A stretch of 39,573 nt of DNA from an uncultured Bacillota bacterium (GTDB lineage: Bacteria > Bacillota > Clostridia > Christensenellales > UBA1242): NCBI GenBank assembly GCA_900545735.1, contig URAC01000002.1:1-39573 (forward strand), written 5' to 3'. Position numbers and translations under genes: made by a program. Positions 15,101 to 19,585 of the stretch are shown here, piece by piece (position 1 is the stretch's first letter; each line of letters begins with the position of its first letter). Under the pieces are notes generated by a model. It was not told the DNA's origin, did not search any database, and saw nothing but the letters and a program-made list of their open reading frames with translations.

Positions 15101-18100
15101 TGATGTACAGAATGTAATAAAAATAAACTCAGTAAACATTACAGAACTCGCTTTAAATTATTATCAAGGCAATAAATGGCACATATATCATGGCTATGTA
15201 CATTGTTGCAATGATAATGGATTTTTAAAGTTGGCTGCAGGATATTATAGTATTGGAGTTTATAAGGAGTGGAAATTAATTCAAGAAGGCAGTGTCCCAA
15301 CAGCAAGTGATGGTTTAAGTACATCTTCTCCAAATTCAGCAGCAAATTTGAGAAAGAGCTTGAATAATGAAGCGCACGCGCTTGATTGGACTTCAAATAT
15401 TTCAGTAACTTCTCCAGACACAGAAGATGCTGAAATTACTACTGCTGAAGAACTTGCATATATTGCAGCAAATATTGAAGATTATAAAGCAACCAATATC
15501 AAATTGATGAATGATATTGATTTGACTGGCTATATTTGGACTCCAATCGGAGATTATCGTAATGGAATTGGACTTAAAGAAACAATTAAAGCAAATAATG
15601 CAAGCGGTTGGAAATTAAGAACAGGCAGCACTACTTGGTCTGATTTAACATTGGATACTGATTATGGAACACTAAAATTGTGCAGATATAATGATACTGG
15701 CGGATATAACAATTATGAAATGTATATAAACGATAGACTAGTTATTAATCAAAGTGAAACAGCACAACAATCTCCTGAAAGAGAAGAAACATTTACTTAT
15801 GGTGGTTATAACTGGCAAGTTGTAATGAATGGTAAAGATTGGACTATTAATATATTTGAATTATCATTAGTTGGCACAAGTTTTGAAGGGGCATTTGATG
15901 GCAACGGCTACACAATCACAGGTATGGCATCATTTAGTGAATGTTTTGGTGGATTGTTTGGCAATATTCATCATAGTTCAAGCAGAACATATATGACTGA
16001 ATTCAAAAATGTTAGAATTTTAAATTCAGTTGTTCAATCTCGCGATTGGGCAGGCTCTATTGCTGGACAAATTGCAGGAGGTAGTGATGCAGTATTGATT
16101 TATAACAACATTATTGATTGCAAAGTTTATGGACAAGAAAATCGAGTTGGTTCGATTGTCGGCCGTCTTGGAAACACTGGAAATGGCTATAAAGCAGTAA
16201 TAGCATTAAATGCTGTAAATTCAAATGTGGCAAACTATGCTTCATCAGATAGTGGAGCAGTTGGACAAGGAACAGCAGCACCTAAAATTACTTATACATA
16301 TAATTACCAAGAGTATAGAAAATGGGCTGGTATTTTTGGGACTTTAGCTTGGAGAACAGATTTGTTTGCATCTAATACAATTAAAATAGAAAACGCAATA
16401 TATAAAAATGCGAATTTAGATGCTGAGAGTTTTATTAAATTTGATGATGAAATATTTATTTCAAATATAGGCGGACAGTTGTCTTTTCCAACTACAGAAA
16501 AGTTCGTTTATAACCCATCATCTGGGCAAAGCAACCCACAAAAAGGCAATAAAAGGTGGACACAAAGAGAAATAACCTTTGGAATAAAGTCTGTAAATGA
16601 ACACACATCAAATATTAGTGATTATGTTGGAAATGACTTTGGTTATTCATATAATGGCTCAAATAGTAGTAGCAATATAATTAGATATGATAACAATTTA
16701 AAAGAATTCTTTGCTCAATATGAATTTATGTTAAAAGTTTTTGACCAAGGCCAAAATATTTTTGATTTAAAATATGTTAAAAATACTTCATATTCATTTG
16801 AAAAGGATATTAAATTGCACTTATTAACAAGTGGAGATCCTATTATTGGATATAAATTAAATAACTCTGAAACATTAACGGAAGATACATTAAGTTATAC
16901 AGATATAAAAAATTATGTACGAGATGGTGTTATAATTTTAGAAATTGTTCGTTCTGCTTCTATTTCTACTATTGACTTCTATATTGGACCTAATGAAAAT
17001 CCAGCAAAAATTTATATGTATGAATTTGATGAAAGCGGAAATATTGTATTTACAGATTATAATGAAACATCAGATCAAACAGATTTATTATATGTCCCTG
17101 ACGGCAGAAGTGGATATTGGGTTGATCAAAATGGAAAAAAATTCACTAAAGAGAACATAAAAGAAGGAATGGGCTCATTTGCTTTGTATTGGATTGACGA
17201 TGAAAGTTCATCGGGAACGCCAAAATATAGCCTTAGCGATTATTTCTACACCATAACCTTTGATTTGAATGATGGAAGCGGAAACTTTGAAGATTGTTAT
17301 ATTTTAAAAGGCGACGAATATGAATTGCCTAATGGTCCAACTCCACCAAGCGGAAAGGTGTTTGTTGGCTGGTCTGATGGCTCAACAACTTATGATGCTG
17401 GTGCAATTATTACAATATCAAGCGATACAGAATTAACAGCTCAATACGTGGACAAAACTTATACAATTTCGTTTAATGCAGGTGAAGGCAGTGGTGAGAT
17501 GGCTGCAACAACTCAAACTTCAACAAATTACACTTTGCCTGAATGCAGCTTTACAGCACCAAATGGAAAAGTTTTTGCTGGATGGTTTGTTAATGATGCG
17601 GCAAAAATCGATGGTTCATATTATCAACCGGGAGAAAAAATAATGCTTGAAGAAGATATTACTCTTACAGCCGTTTGGAAAGAAATCGACCATACAATTT
17701 CTATTTACATTCCCGTTGAAGGAACACCATCATTAAAGGACAGTGAAGAAACATCAAAAACAATAGATGATGTCGAATATACAGTTTCGATAAGTGGCAA
17801 TTATATAATTATTTCCTATGCTTATGCGTTAAAAACCGACACAACCAGTGATAATTACAATAAGAGCGTAGGCGAATTGCTAAAAGATTCAACAACTATC
17901 AATAGCTTATTAGGTTTGGTTCAAGTTGGTGGACAAGATATAGAACTTACATCTTTTGGAGACTATGTTGTTTTAGGTGGAATTAATGGAAAGAGCGATG
18001 CTGTTTTAGATGTAAATGTTGGGCATTCAGTAACAAGCATTCCAAGTGGAAAGGTTGGAAACGCTAAAGTTGGAATCTATGGAACAATAGAGATTGATTC

Positions 18101-19478
18101 AAGTGAACCAACATTAGATGAAAGCAGTTATTTCAGAACTATAAGTTACACATTTAATGGCAATACAATTTATACTCAAACTTTCTCTAAAGAATATGAA
18201 ATTCAAGAAAAAGATATTCCAACAGAATTAAGTAAACAAGGATATAACTTCATTGGATATGGCGAAGATGGAACAAAAACGCGTGCAGAGGTTGCAACAT
18301 ATTTGAATGAAAATGCAACTGTAACAGAATATCAAGTAAACTTTGAGTTAATTAAGTACACTGTAACTTACAACGGCAATGGCGCTACTGACGGCAGCGT
18401 TGGTGGAGGAATTTACAGCATTGAAAACGCTCATATTGTTGCAGCAAATGGATTTACAAATCCTGGATATAAATTTATTGGCTGGAATACAATGGCTGAT
18501 GGCTTAGGAACATCATTCAGCGTTGGAGAATCAATAGGTTACTACACATTTGCAACTCCAAATAACATTACACTTTATGCTCAATGGGAAGAAATCACAT
18601 TGACGATTGTGTTTGAGCCTGGAGAACAAGGTTCGGGAACAAATCCAGAAACAAAGTATTTGCATTATGGTGAAAGCATTACACTTCCAGCAAATCCTTA
18701 TGATTGTTCGTGGTATTATGAATTTGCTGGCTGGAAATGCAATGAAACAAATTACACTGCTGGCGCAACATTTGGCTTTGACAACTCATTAACCGATGAC
18801 GCTACATACACATTCACAGCACAATGGAAAGCAAGAGAATTGACTATTAAGTTTAATAATGCCGGAACAATGAGCGATGAAAAATTTACTTATCCTGACA
18901 AGGGAGGTAATTATACTTTACCTGAATGTGAAGCAAGAACAGGATACTCGTTTGCTGGCTGGTCATTCAACTATGTTTATGAATATGGTGGAAACTATTA
19001 TTCAATTACTAAAGTTGCAAATGCTGGAGAAGTGATTGGGTTGGCTAATATGTTTGCTAACTTATCAGATGGAACAATAAGCTATGTTTATGAAATAACA
19101 CTTACAGCAACTTGGACAGCGAAGTATAATTATCAAATAGTTATAAATCCAAACTCTGACGCTTTCTCAGGACTTGCTTTAGAATCTTACAATCCTATAA
19201 CTTCACATTATAGCTCTGAAGCTTTAGAAGCGGGCACAACAATTTCAGAACCTGGATTTGTTGTAACTAGCGGAGATTATGAACTAATAGGTTATGCTTA
19301 TTCACTCGGAGCAACATCAGTTGATTTAGCATTAGGCGCAACAATCAATTTTGCAACTTTCTTTACAGGAGAAACAGATGGAGTTCCAACCTGTGCAACA
19401 AATGTAACTTACGACGAAGCAACAAAAACATTCACTTTAACGCTCTATGCGGTATGGGGCACAAAATCGGCGGAATAA
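66..19478 (+). CDS. Giant surface lipoprotein, 6,470 aa: BIG2-like Ig stretches + ~7 GLUG-motif modules + C-terminal Listeria-Bacteroides repeat array
   Basis: Uninterrupted 19.4-kb ORF with a strong SD and TAA stop. N-terminus MKKFAKICTFLILILCGVVFAAC has a lipobox. It contains many VGG[ILV][AV]G / GGL[VI]G GLUG-type motifs, BIG2-like signatures (e.g. RVTLKPLYPGNATIKVSS, NIKILGVGKTEVKVTS) and C-terminal YTITFDLNDGSG...FVGW...LTAQY repeats. Confidence 0.9.
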   Translation: MKKFAKICTFLILILCGVVFAACGNTSSTPILSSSENNVELIIGTDESKSFDVTLSNYGNGSDSVRVESYENNKIIELSTQKIGDGKTRVTLKPLYPGNATIKVSSITHNAKPIEISVKVILPVGDIEFNKDLENSIYVIKGESVDFENLDLINYLPISTGDPNLDGVKTNQIGVTYTLENVLTTDGVQLENGKLVVSSDCALSEVEVRATSIYNAEISKTFKVKILNPISSIVYIDGNKVFENGNLVDGSGNSYAFELYPRESDITVSQKDVLLFVKAGSEAEVIKVEKIFDESKYSVELKSLTYEDGVFKYTYTISALNAGYLENISFKISYKDYTYGENEKDYYVESGNLSVATYNLPNSVLVNGNSSTESGLDILVFENIATISKGTLLEFTLSPSNLAPEYETIRLWAASYANCPISFYKLNSTRTSYELVYGYPRDAKDGSQFVCTGIDQNGNAYFDMPIGTKLYVVKNQMFDKVDNTNATLFASSLNFYNLGLERSKIQLNVKVNPGASSVDRAEYDGTNFTIINSNIIVTEFIDSVELYLAIAPQNFDIGTSSIVKLKNSNIADVSELKVISKDDNYVYVKFTLTPKKLGATKLTVYLCDGFEKEFELKVISTLDNIDITVSDETESIVDYKETLTGKINEIDENSVTVQKLAFKSGTSIQLAKTAYPISAEYIVEYSFYDLATIKTISELSIKEIFEDASFNTTSNILNVDTLSNYSIIQAKTSQSEGKTLIKVDVKGRLATGEGYEEEASHTFYFLIEIYKGVENFDISSNVHEIYSYDTLGDRNADKSFAEFTVTLLSKFGTPTYLNSLELYYGVGAESPIEFNEAGRAVVKYNDKDVLVLTRSLSGNVWTYRVQALTADIQNYVFVLKLVEVDESKIFGGVVRVIVKEAVEITDIEIVNVDLENGIYLENNTLNEEEEGPTFEIKYNIYTKDGSEPLNSGLEFELSSNLSMLGVKIDAQGKITVPAGVGGNGRILIYPSSNYFASSNGMKDGEKPFIEIPISIANGESEETAIRIDSQEKIKYLKQNPTKHYLLVGDFSISETISEFSGGLYGLQSGKTSTLTLTSTMFEKLTGIVKNINIIGEINAQNANLGAICYENYGKIENVNASGLKISNTEAGSHTGALVGVNYGEILGGEIVATVKGVNVGGVAGLNGTKTENEITFTGKIENVTFAGNITASGNAGGIVAENNGEISKCKVEKWSNNQSAFIAATSDANGFIGAIAGVSSGKISQTYAYSYNDTMYDITATANVVIGGLVGQVSGGTITECMTNFSLEGTQIGALVGEITSGSVNNSYTLSKISRSSASALATDGADKISYSYSRAYYVDGETTTYLSQAGGTNVYCAGDYTSLDSFNLALQNNLSNTSLWETDLSTNNRINQGAAYLVNANPPKAVSSIEININEAGKTKYLYTQEDGKTNIVLYYYQLLEELTDGVAKAELARLNSISLENLFGENNNLLFNVISSTSISFVGNNIKILGVGKTEVKVTSKYATTTCQEETITFYVIYPIQDFNLYRGSSALNPSTIVKDGDVDQVGMSKTETYSSKVKSTVLLNGQNYSIFTNLFAIGFEIRANNSAPSVLGGISSIYDKSNNEGTFDDNFTFVSEGTYTITPKNYNFATDEDEKFSINSILVLQNNGIGTYLGNISEFADFDVINKLISQNFKKNYEIKVVRGASRIQTTLTDSELSPSNVLNFDVVAISDKKQESLIIDIYEGDEIVGSSKAAVENAIFDVNVSRVNSVENNHYFNVFISVKSDVRKTISTTRQFAIKIYDEDKKVVSVLNLTLIPQEVVSISNSHYAANNEVESGFSINTTPTSVLRPGKNGLLAINLYPEYAAYSKIEIESAIINDNYYVLFEQMVAKEQNNYQNASGIIGYSSERDTNKLTIYYSDQLANDGGMVYVRTKIIESVPDGVYFPITIKVYPADETKEIKTSTFVLASETINKAQITVDGKKDAVVSRGNSTEFEISVNEDQELTDIRVLNHDKNSEDNCDYINLIYNRTEYEISNGKKIYKGIINVGLNAELNGDGVVKIQTIMRKTINGKLEEEYDSITLSIVDFTIDGMYIEGNQEDDNVFVAPIQLRQDITFGFKLSKTPTYNSSNLLEKAAVERIESNKAMFLKNIALNVEYSQYLYAINKDLVTFKTDDVNNGYSKDISNTENKANIAYSLYYKNTNSKYFDENGVKNSNNYFDIIIDKDESDKPLSSRTFAINGLRTGTIPMQIKIAYALPSDHNVTNYFTYDFAIKVQTYEDEDTPIAITNEEEFIRYMNATTTESGEPANYILMNDLYLTDFTPIANTEMIASLDGNNKIITIRNFNISSMLNNNANQTLNLALFQTVGEDTTLKNLTINLYELEDIIIDEEKVSNVNAAGLFIDNYGIIYNCEVTALNLWKAYNSEVLASKGISTIEQEDLNKSYKPATYSDGYGIRVYFSAENIGKLKKDSTVVQIAGLGIKNFAAGRITNSRVGNTTFTKVFMTSVANNQSQDYVITAEHLTLLGQADIAGVVLSNEGVIASSFFSNGYITNLSVSGTASKTAGFAIYNAYGGIITGSYVKSFKKASELNGKFYTDGGIYSEGISAGFVYENSSEITDCYANLLLGGSLSGRLVSGFVYSNTNSGNIERCYSAATITGKLTTRMPFSGNNAKGDSMQLGKLTNCYYFVTNYDSETLLEEKYSTGAYAILASLVDRDLLYGFAYTSDSKSLEGSSIDGVWRYTNGEINLSSANSVAISVRYLIENYNGVEGSRRFPYVNEYKYGSKNNPIIIRTADEFNRAFGQETNLKENAYYAISQFYNKNDGTVFGNYRLVSHIDFNNVVNIASTKIASSLMALTGKSNIGGLFDGNGLTISNIEIALSEQENVGLFGQVINGAVFKNANLTVKQVNAGNGVNVGGVAGLVSSSSLINISLEATNLKGENRSEINGKNVVGGIAGLVQGDCKLSNLSSSISVISNYRGENEYKRGQIDCSNLSYAGGIAGIIDIYKTAGESSVSVDYAQVNKLNVSGESIIIEAYYVGGVIGYLGKSTKASDLRFEISGDSNFEQHISSTGNTAGGIVGVNFGDLSEIRIEHEDDVQKQIEDSVAGYYKNNSVKYGHTNLFYDVETTNDVNIEYVGGLVGQMLAGNLINSYSKVDVSLPTADYAGGLIGYNTSNGIFDQVYALGDVDGKIAGGLIGKNEGTTKLSHAVAINVYSKQNSNLLEALNDALNNELTEITLDKIGCIAGEGVNNLKIGEEVYANKSFTLNNVKLILSGSDTTKVEKLIISLDEYNGVAQHGTLLNRMFLAAANAWDVSMWAKDDDDMLPYLIFGIVSKVLYIEKPKDFERLWKYSGEGYVVIIGDDPATSFNPYEYKSGDASTYGEFTAAELTGLSVKGNNLYFNLSSIQETFVPTDFKGTIYGEYTGKNYYIGGLTEKSLFKSISGAVVRNIAFGYESENSYIHKSALMAEYIENNALVTNISVKNVTLNIDVTANGNYGALVNSVSGVSEISAFTIDNVEFKLNNKVESSLINVGVFAGQLENCDKLSAITIKNSQIAVEGAAYTSASVGLIAGNITGSNSTIKNDVATDSNAIAINVTSVSGGELYVGGHIGKAENTIVVEGSTTSYDAIKGLTIDFTSVNEGKVYAGLMFGGTQELAVESGAKIIGQIKNGNNAVTAYIGGLAGQAKGTINGVSVDGKDGNLINVNVESTTDFYSSIGGLVGYVSGGALTITGTNNVNGNISIKNDSEFAVAVGGLVGSIGADLEINNSSNIVVGSSNSEGNNTIKVESEIISLGGIVGLINQNSATISGTIHVWSIIEAHGKDMCVGGIVGKVDNLNNSNNKIVTIESDNATNLTFNGDIKAFATQTGATLNIGGIVGSITGVNSNNKNNLSKINKVGFKNGSIYVDKSESTSDIETMNVGGLVGFMNHTLLEGGLVSGNIEINKISITTANIGGVVGQITGGTSSVKVCVNGTKSWGNIKLADDMTIASLYVGGVVGIAPTGTYWQFGSNSTLTSIYNKNLATGNFADNVRALVGSAPAVASSKNGETNLPIELTNKYSHMFNLSIDDNSFGKNSTFASIKSDFINENKDLFGDALVEGSKLNPKVITLDTTFGENGKNDAKDMQYYIANSKISLRGATIYANAHLIGNGQIWSTTSSGKDSSPILENYGYISGFKFETSSIYTLTSNDILEEKAPSGVANINNGIIYANTVVVYGNDGSFDKSAQKYSIYAGVVGENNGLIADTGAILYVKNALAGFVANNQGSIINSYVNGVVHNGAMYSFNGSESSSSKILNCYTSIKQGGVIDTSTGANPIFNGSSLEGNFYDRNGTEIEAAQSGVTKKTTSEMSTINNDAASFLSSINTLNRFAQNYAFNFGYPTLSNGAYANFDYLKVSTGAGTNVSVLQIPNVGKLEQIKNNTAIKYIQILTNLDYTNSGVDSHAQINSITYFEGNGFAINNIPENTSGGFFGKLNEVKEEVTVSGGRWTGNSWVEWSSDNYPYKFYYNEWSENGTIYQTLIVSTGTKEEGITLKEWSGGESLRYGREYAWTFNGDSFSLYTGESSYYYITGNISVAGETKTSIENIEFNYKNGAEVGSDSLTSVGAVVNKAYNLSMTNVRSSGATVVGNTSVGGLVGYMNGGAIWNCYNFNDVQINSPSSNKCAAGGLVGYAESVNFGYNESNENGNYGNISISGSGYAGGVIGNSVNCRINYAYNIGNVSSNTFAGGLIGYYSMAYAGANNETLCSHLYNYGIVTSGNCAGGVIGYGYSWNDANEDLQHLFNFGTVKADAGDNSNIDIFAGGIVGAIKVVSTNTISIKYSGNEGSVSGIGKRWVGVGGIVGAHIYSFDEVGGSADTAKNGGSVSDCYNSGNLLCANLNNVDGYVGGIAGGNVTTIENCSMTGKITIRDDETFGWIMGSAWGGATINNCYAEPSTVVVEEKGTDPGKNANNMSSYTFNPKRFYLDYEGGISVYSESYANAGEYETNESLNVFGEYKNEKNNSSKYGFNLYYKMLGNNEQNGNYDVQNVIKINSVNITELALNYYQGNKWHIYHGYVHCCNDNGFLKLAAGYYSIGVYKEWKLIQEGSVPTASDGLSTSSPNSAANLRKSLNNEAHALDWTSNISVTSPDTEDAEITTAEELAYIAANIEDYKATNIKLMNDIDLTGYIWTPIGDYRNGIGLKETIKANNASGWKLRTGSTTWSDLTLDTDYGTLKLCRYNDTGGYNNYEMYINDRLVINQSETAQQSPEREETFTYGGYNWQVVMNGKDWTINIFELSLVGTSFEGAFDGNGYTITGMASFSECFGGLFGNIHHSSSRTYMTEFKNVRILNSVVQSRDWAGSIAGQIAGGSDAVLIYNNIIDCKVYGQENRVGSIVGRLGNTGNGYKAVIALNAVNSNVANYASSDSGAVGQGTAAPKITYTYNYQEYRKWAGIFGTLAWRTDLFASNTIKIENAIYKNANLDAESFIKFDDEIFISNIGGQLSFPTTEKFVYNPSSGQSNPQKGNKRWTQREITFGIKSVNEHTSNISDYVGNDFGYSYNGSNSSSNIIRYDNNLKEFFAQYEFMLKVFDQGQNIFDLKYVKNTSYSFEKDIKLHLLTSGDPIIGYKLNNSETLTEDTLSYTDIKNYVRDGVIILEIVRSASISTIDFYIGPNENPAKIYMYEFDESGNIVFTDYNETSDQTDLLYVPDGRSGYWVDQNGKKFTKENIKEGMGSFALYWIDDESSSGTPKYSLSDYFYTITFDLNDGSGNFEDCYILKGDEYELPNGPTPPSGKVFVGWSDGSTTYDAGAIITISSDTELTAQYVDKTYTISFNAGEGSGEMAATTQTSTNYTLPECSFTAPNGKVFAGWFVNDAAKIDGSYYQPGEKIMLEEDITLTAVWKEIDHTISIYIPVEGTPSLKDSEETSKTIDDVEYTVSISGNYIIISYAYALKTDTTSDNYNKSVGELLKDSTTINSLLGLVQVGGQDIELTSFGDYVVLGGINGKSDAVLDVNVGHSVTSIPSGKVGNAKVGIYGTIEIDSSEPTLDESSYFRTISYTFNGNTIYTQTFSKEYEIQEKDIPTELSKQGYNFIGYGEDGTKTRAEVATYLNENATVTEYQVNFELIKYTVTYNGNGATDGSVGGGIYSIENAHIVAANGFTNPGYKFIGWNTMADGLGTSFSVGESIGYYTFATPNNITLYAQWEEITLTIVFEPGEQGSGTNPETKYLHYGESITLPANPYDCSWYYEFAGWKCNETNYTAGATFGFDNSLTDDATYTFTAQWKARELTIKFNNAGTMSDEKFTYPDKGGNYTLPECEARTGYSFAGWSFNYVYEYGGNYYSITKVANAGEVIGLANMFANLSDGTISYVYEITLTATWTAKYNYQIVINPNSDAFSGLALESYNPITSHYSSEALEAGTTISEPGFVVTSGDYELIGYAYSLGATSVDLALGATINFATFFTGETDGVPTCATNVTYDEATKTFTLTLYAVWGTKSAE
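135..3129 (+). other. ORF1 membrane-proximal Ig-like/beta-sandwich stalk (BIG2-like signatures), approximate bounds
   Basis: Recurrent patterns of the type G.T.I.V.S / LGATKLTVYL / KTLIKVDVKG. No GLUG motifs in this part. Confidence 0.55.
3130..4270 (+). repeat. ORF1 GLUG module 1 (approximate)
   Basis: Entry motif AIRIDSQEKIKYLKQNPTKHYLLVGDFSI, followed by GALVGVNYGEI, VGGVAGLNG, AGGIVAENNGEI, IGGLVGQVSGGTI, IGALVGEITSGSV. Confidence 0.7.
4271..6869 (+). other. ORF1 second Ig-like/beta-sandwich stretch (approximate)
   Basis: No GLUG motifs. BIG2-like strings are present (NIKILGVGKTEVKVTS), and the sequence looks beta-rich and Asn/Ser/Thr-rich by eye. Confidence 0.45.
6870..8290 (+). repeat. 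ORF1 GLUG module 2 (approximate)
   Basis: Entry motif PIAITNEEEFIRYMN...ANYILMNDLYLTDFTPIAN...LDGNNKIITIRNF, followed by IAGVVLSNEGVI, TAGFAIYNAYGGI, SAGFVYENSSEI, VSGFVYSNTNSGNI. Confidence 0.7.
8383..10020 (+). repeat. ORF1 GLUG module 3 (approximate)
   Basis: Entry motif NPIIIRTADEFNRAF...NYRLVSHIDF...GGLFDGNGLTISNIEI, followed by VGGVAGLVSSS, VGGIAGLVQGD, AGGIAGIID, VGGVIGYLG, AGGIVGVNFGDL, VGGLVGQMLAGNL, AGGLIGYNTSNG, AGGLIGKNEG. Confidence 0.75.
10035..12340 (+). repeat. ORF1 GLUG module 4, the longest solenoid-like run (approximate)
   Basis: Has a divergent entry (VLYIEKPKDFERLW...YYIGGLTEKSLF). More than 12 successive [IV]GG[LIV][VA]G motifs follow, spaced roughly 33-47 aa apart. 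Confidence 0.7.
12341..13210 (+). repeat. ORF1 GLUG-like module 5, divergent (approximate)
   Basis: Entry NPKVITLDT...MQYYIANSKISLRGATIYANAHLIGNGQIW, followed by YAGVVGENNGLI and LAGFVANNQGSIINSY. Confidence 0.5.
13240..14830 (+). repeat. ORF1 GLUG module 6 with an aromatic-rich insert (approximate)
   Basis: Entry VLQIPNVGKLEQIKNNTAIKYIQILTNLDY...FEGNGFAINNI...GGFFGKL, then an insert, then VGGLVGYMNGGAIWNCY, AGGLVGYAES, AGGVIGNSVNC, AGGLIGYYS, AGGVIGYGYS, AGGIVGAI, VGGIVGAH, VGGIAGGNVTTIENC. Confidence 0.75.
15432..16400 (+). repeat. ORF1 GLUG module 7 with an aromatic-rich insert (approximate)
   Basis: Entry EITTAEELAYIAANIEDYKATNIKLMNDIDLTGYIWTPIG, then an insert, then FEGAFDGNGYTITGM...FGGLFGNI, WAGSIAGQIAGGS, RVGSIVGRLG. 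Confidence 0.7.
17246..19466 (+). repeat. ORF1 C-terminal array of ~7 Listeria-Bacteroides (Flg_new / InlB B-repeat-like) repeats, with a non-repeat insert around 17690-18150
   Basis: Units of ~70-110 aa, e.g. YTITFDLNDGSG..KVFVGWSDG..TELTAQY; YTISFNAGEGSGEM..KVFAGWFVN..ITLTAVW; YTVTYNGNGATDGS..YKFIGWNT..ITLYAQW; LTIVFEPGEQGSG..YEFAGWKC..YTFTAQW; LTIKFNNAGT..YSFAGWSF..ITLTATW; final unit ..FTLTLYAVW. Confidence 0.85.
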
Positions 19479-19495
19479 ATTTAGACAATTAGAAG

Positions 19496-19502
19496 AAGGG
19501 AG
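19496..19502 (+). promoter_or_regulatory. Shine-Dalgarno site AAGGGAG for giant ORF2
   Basis: Lies 8 nt upstream of the ATG at 19511. The ORF1-ORF2 spacer is only 32 nt and has no hairpin. Confidence 0.8.
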
Positions 19503-19510
19503 AAATTAAC

Positions 19511-19585
19511 ATGAAGATAAAAAAGTTTATAGTATTGATTCTAGCATTGATTATCGGAGTAATTCCGATGGTCTTTGCTGGTTGC
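19511..19585 (+). other. Lipoprotein signal peptide with lipobox (VFAG|C, Cys25) of ORF2
   Basis: Basic N-terminus, hydrophobic core, then F-A-G-C followed by GGVD. Confidence 0.8.
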
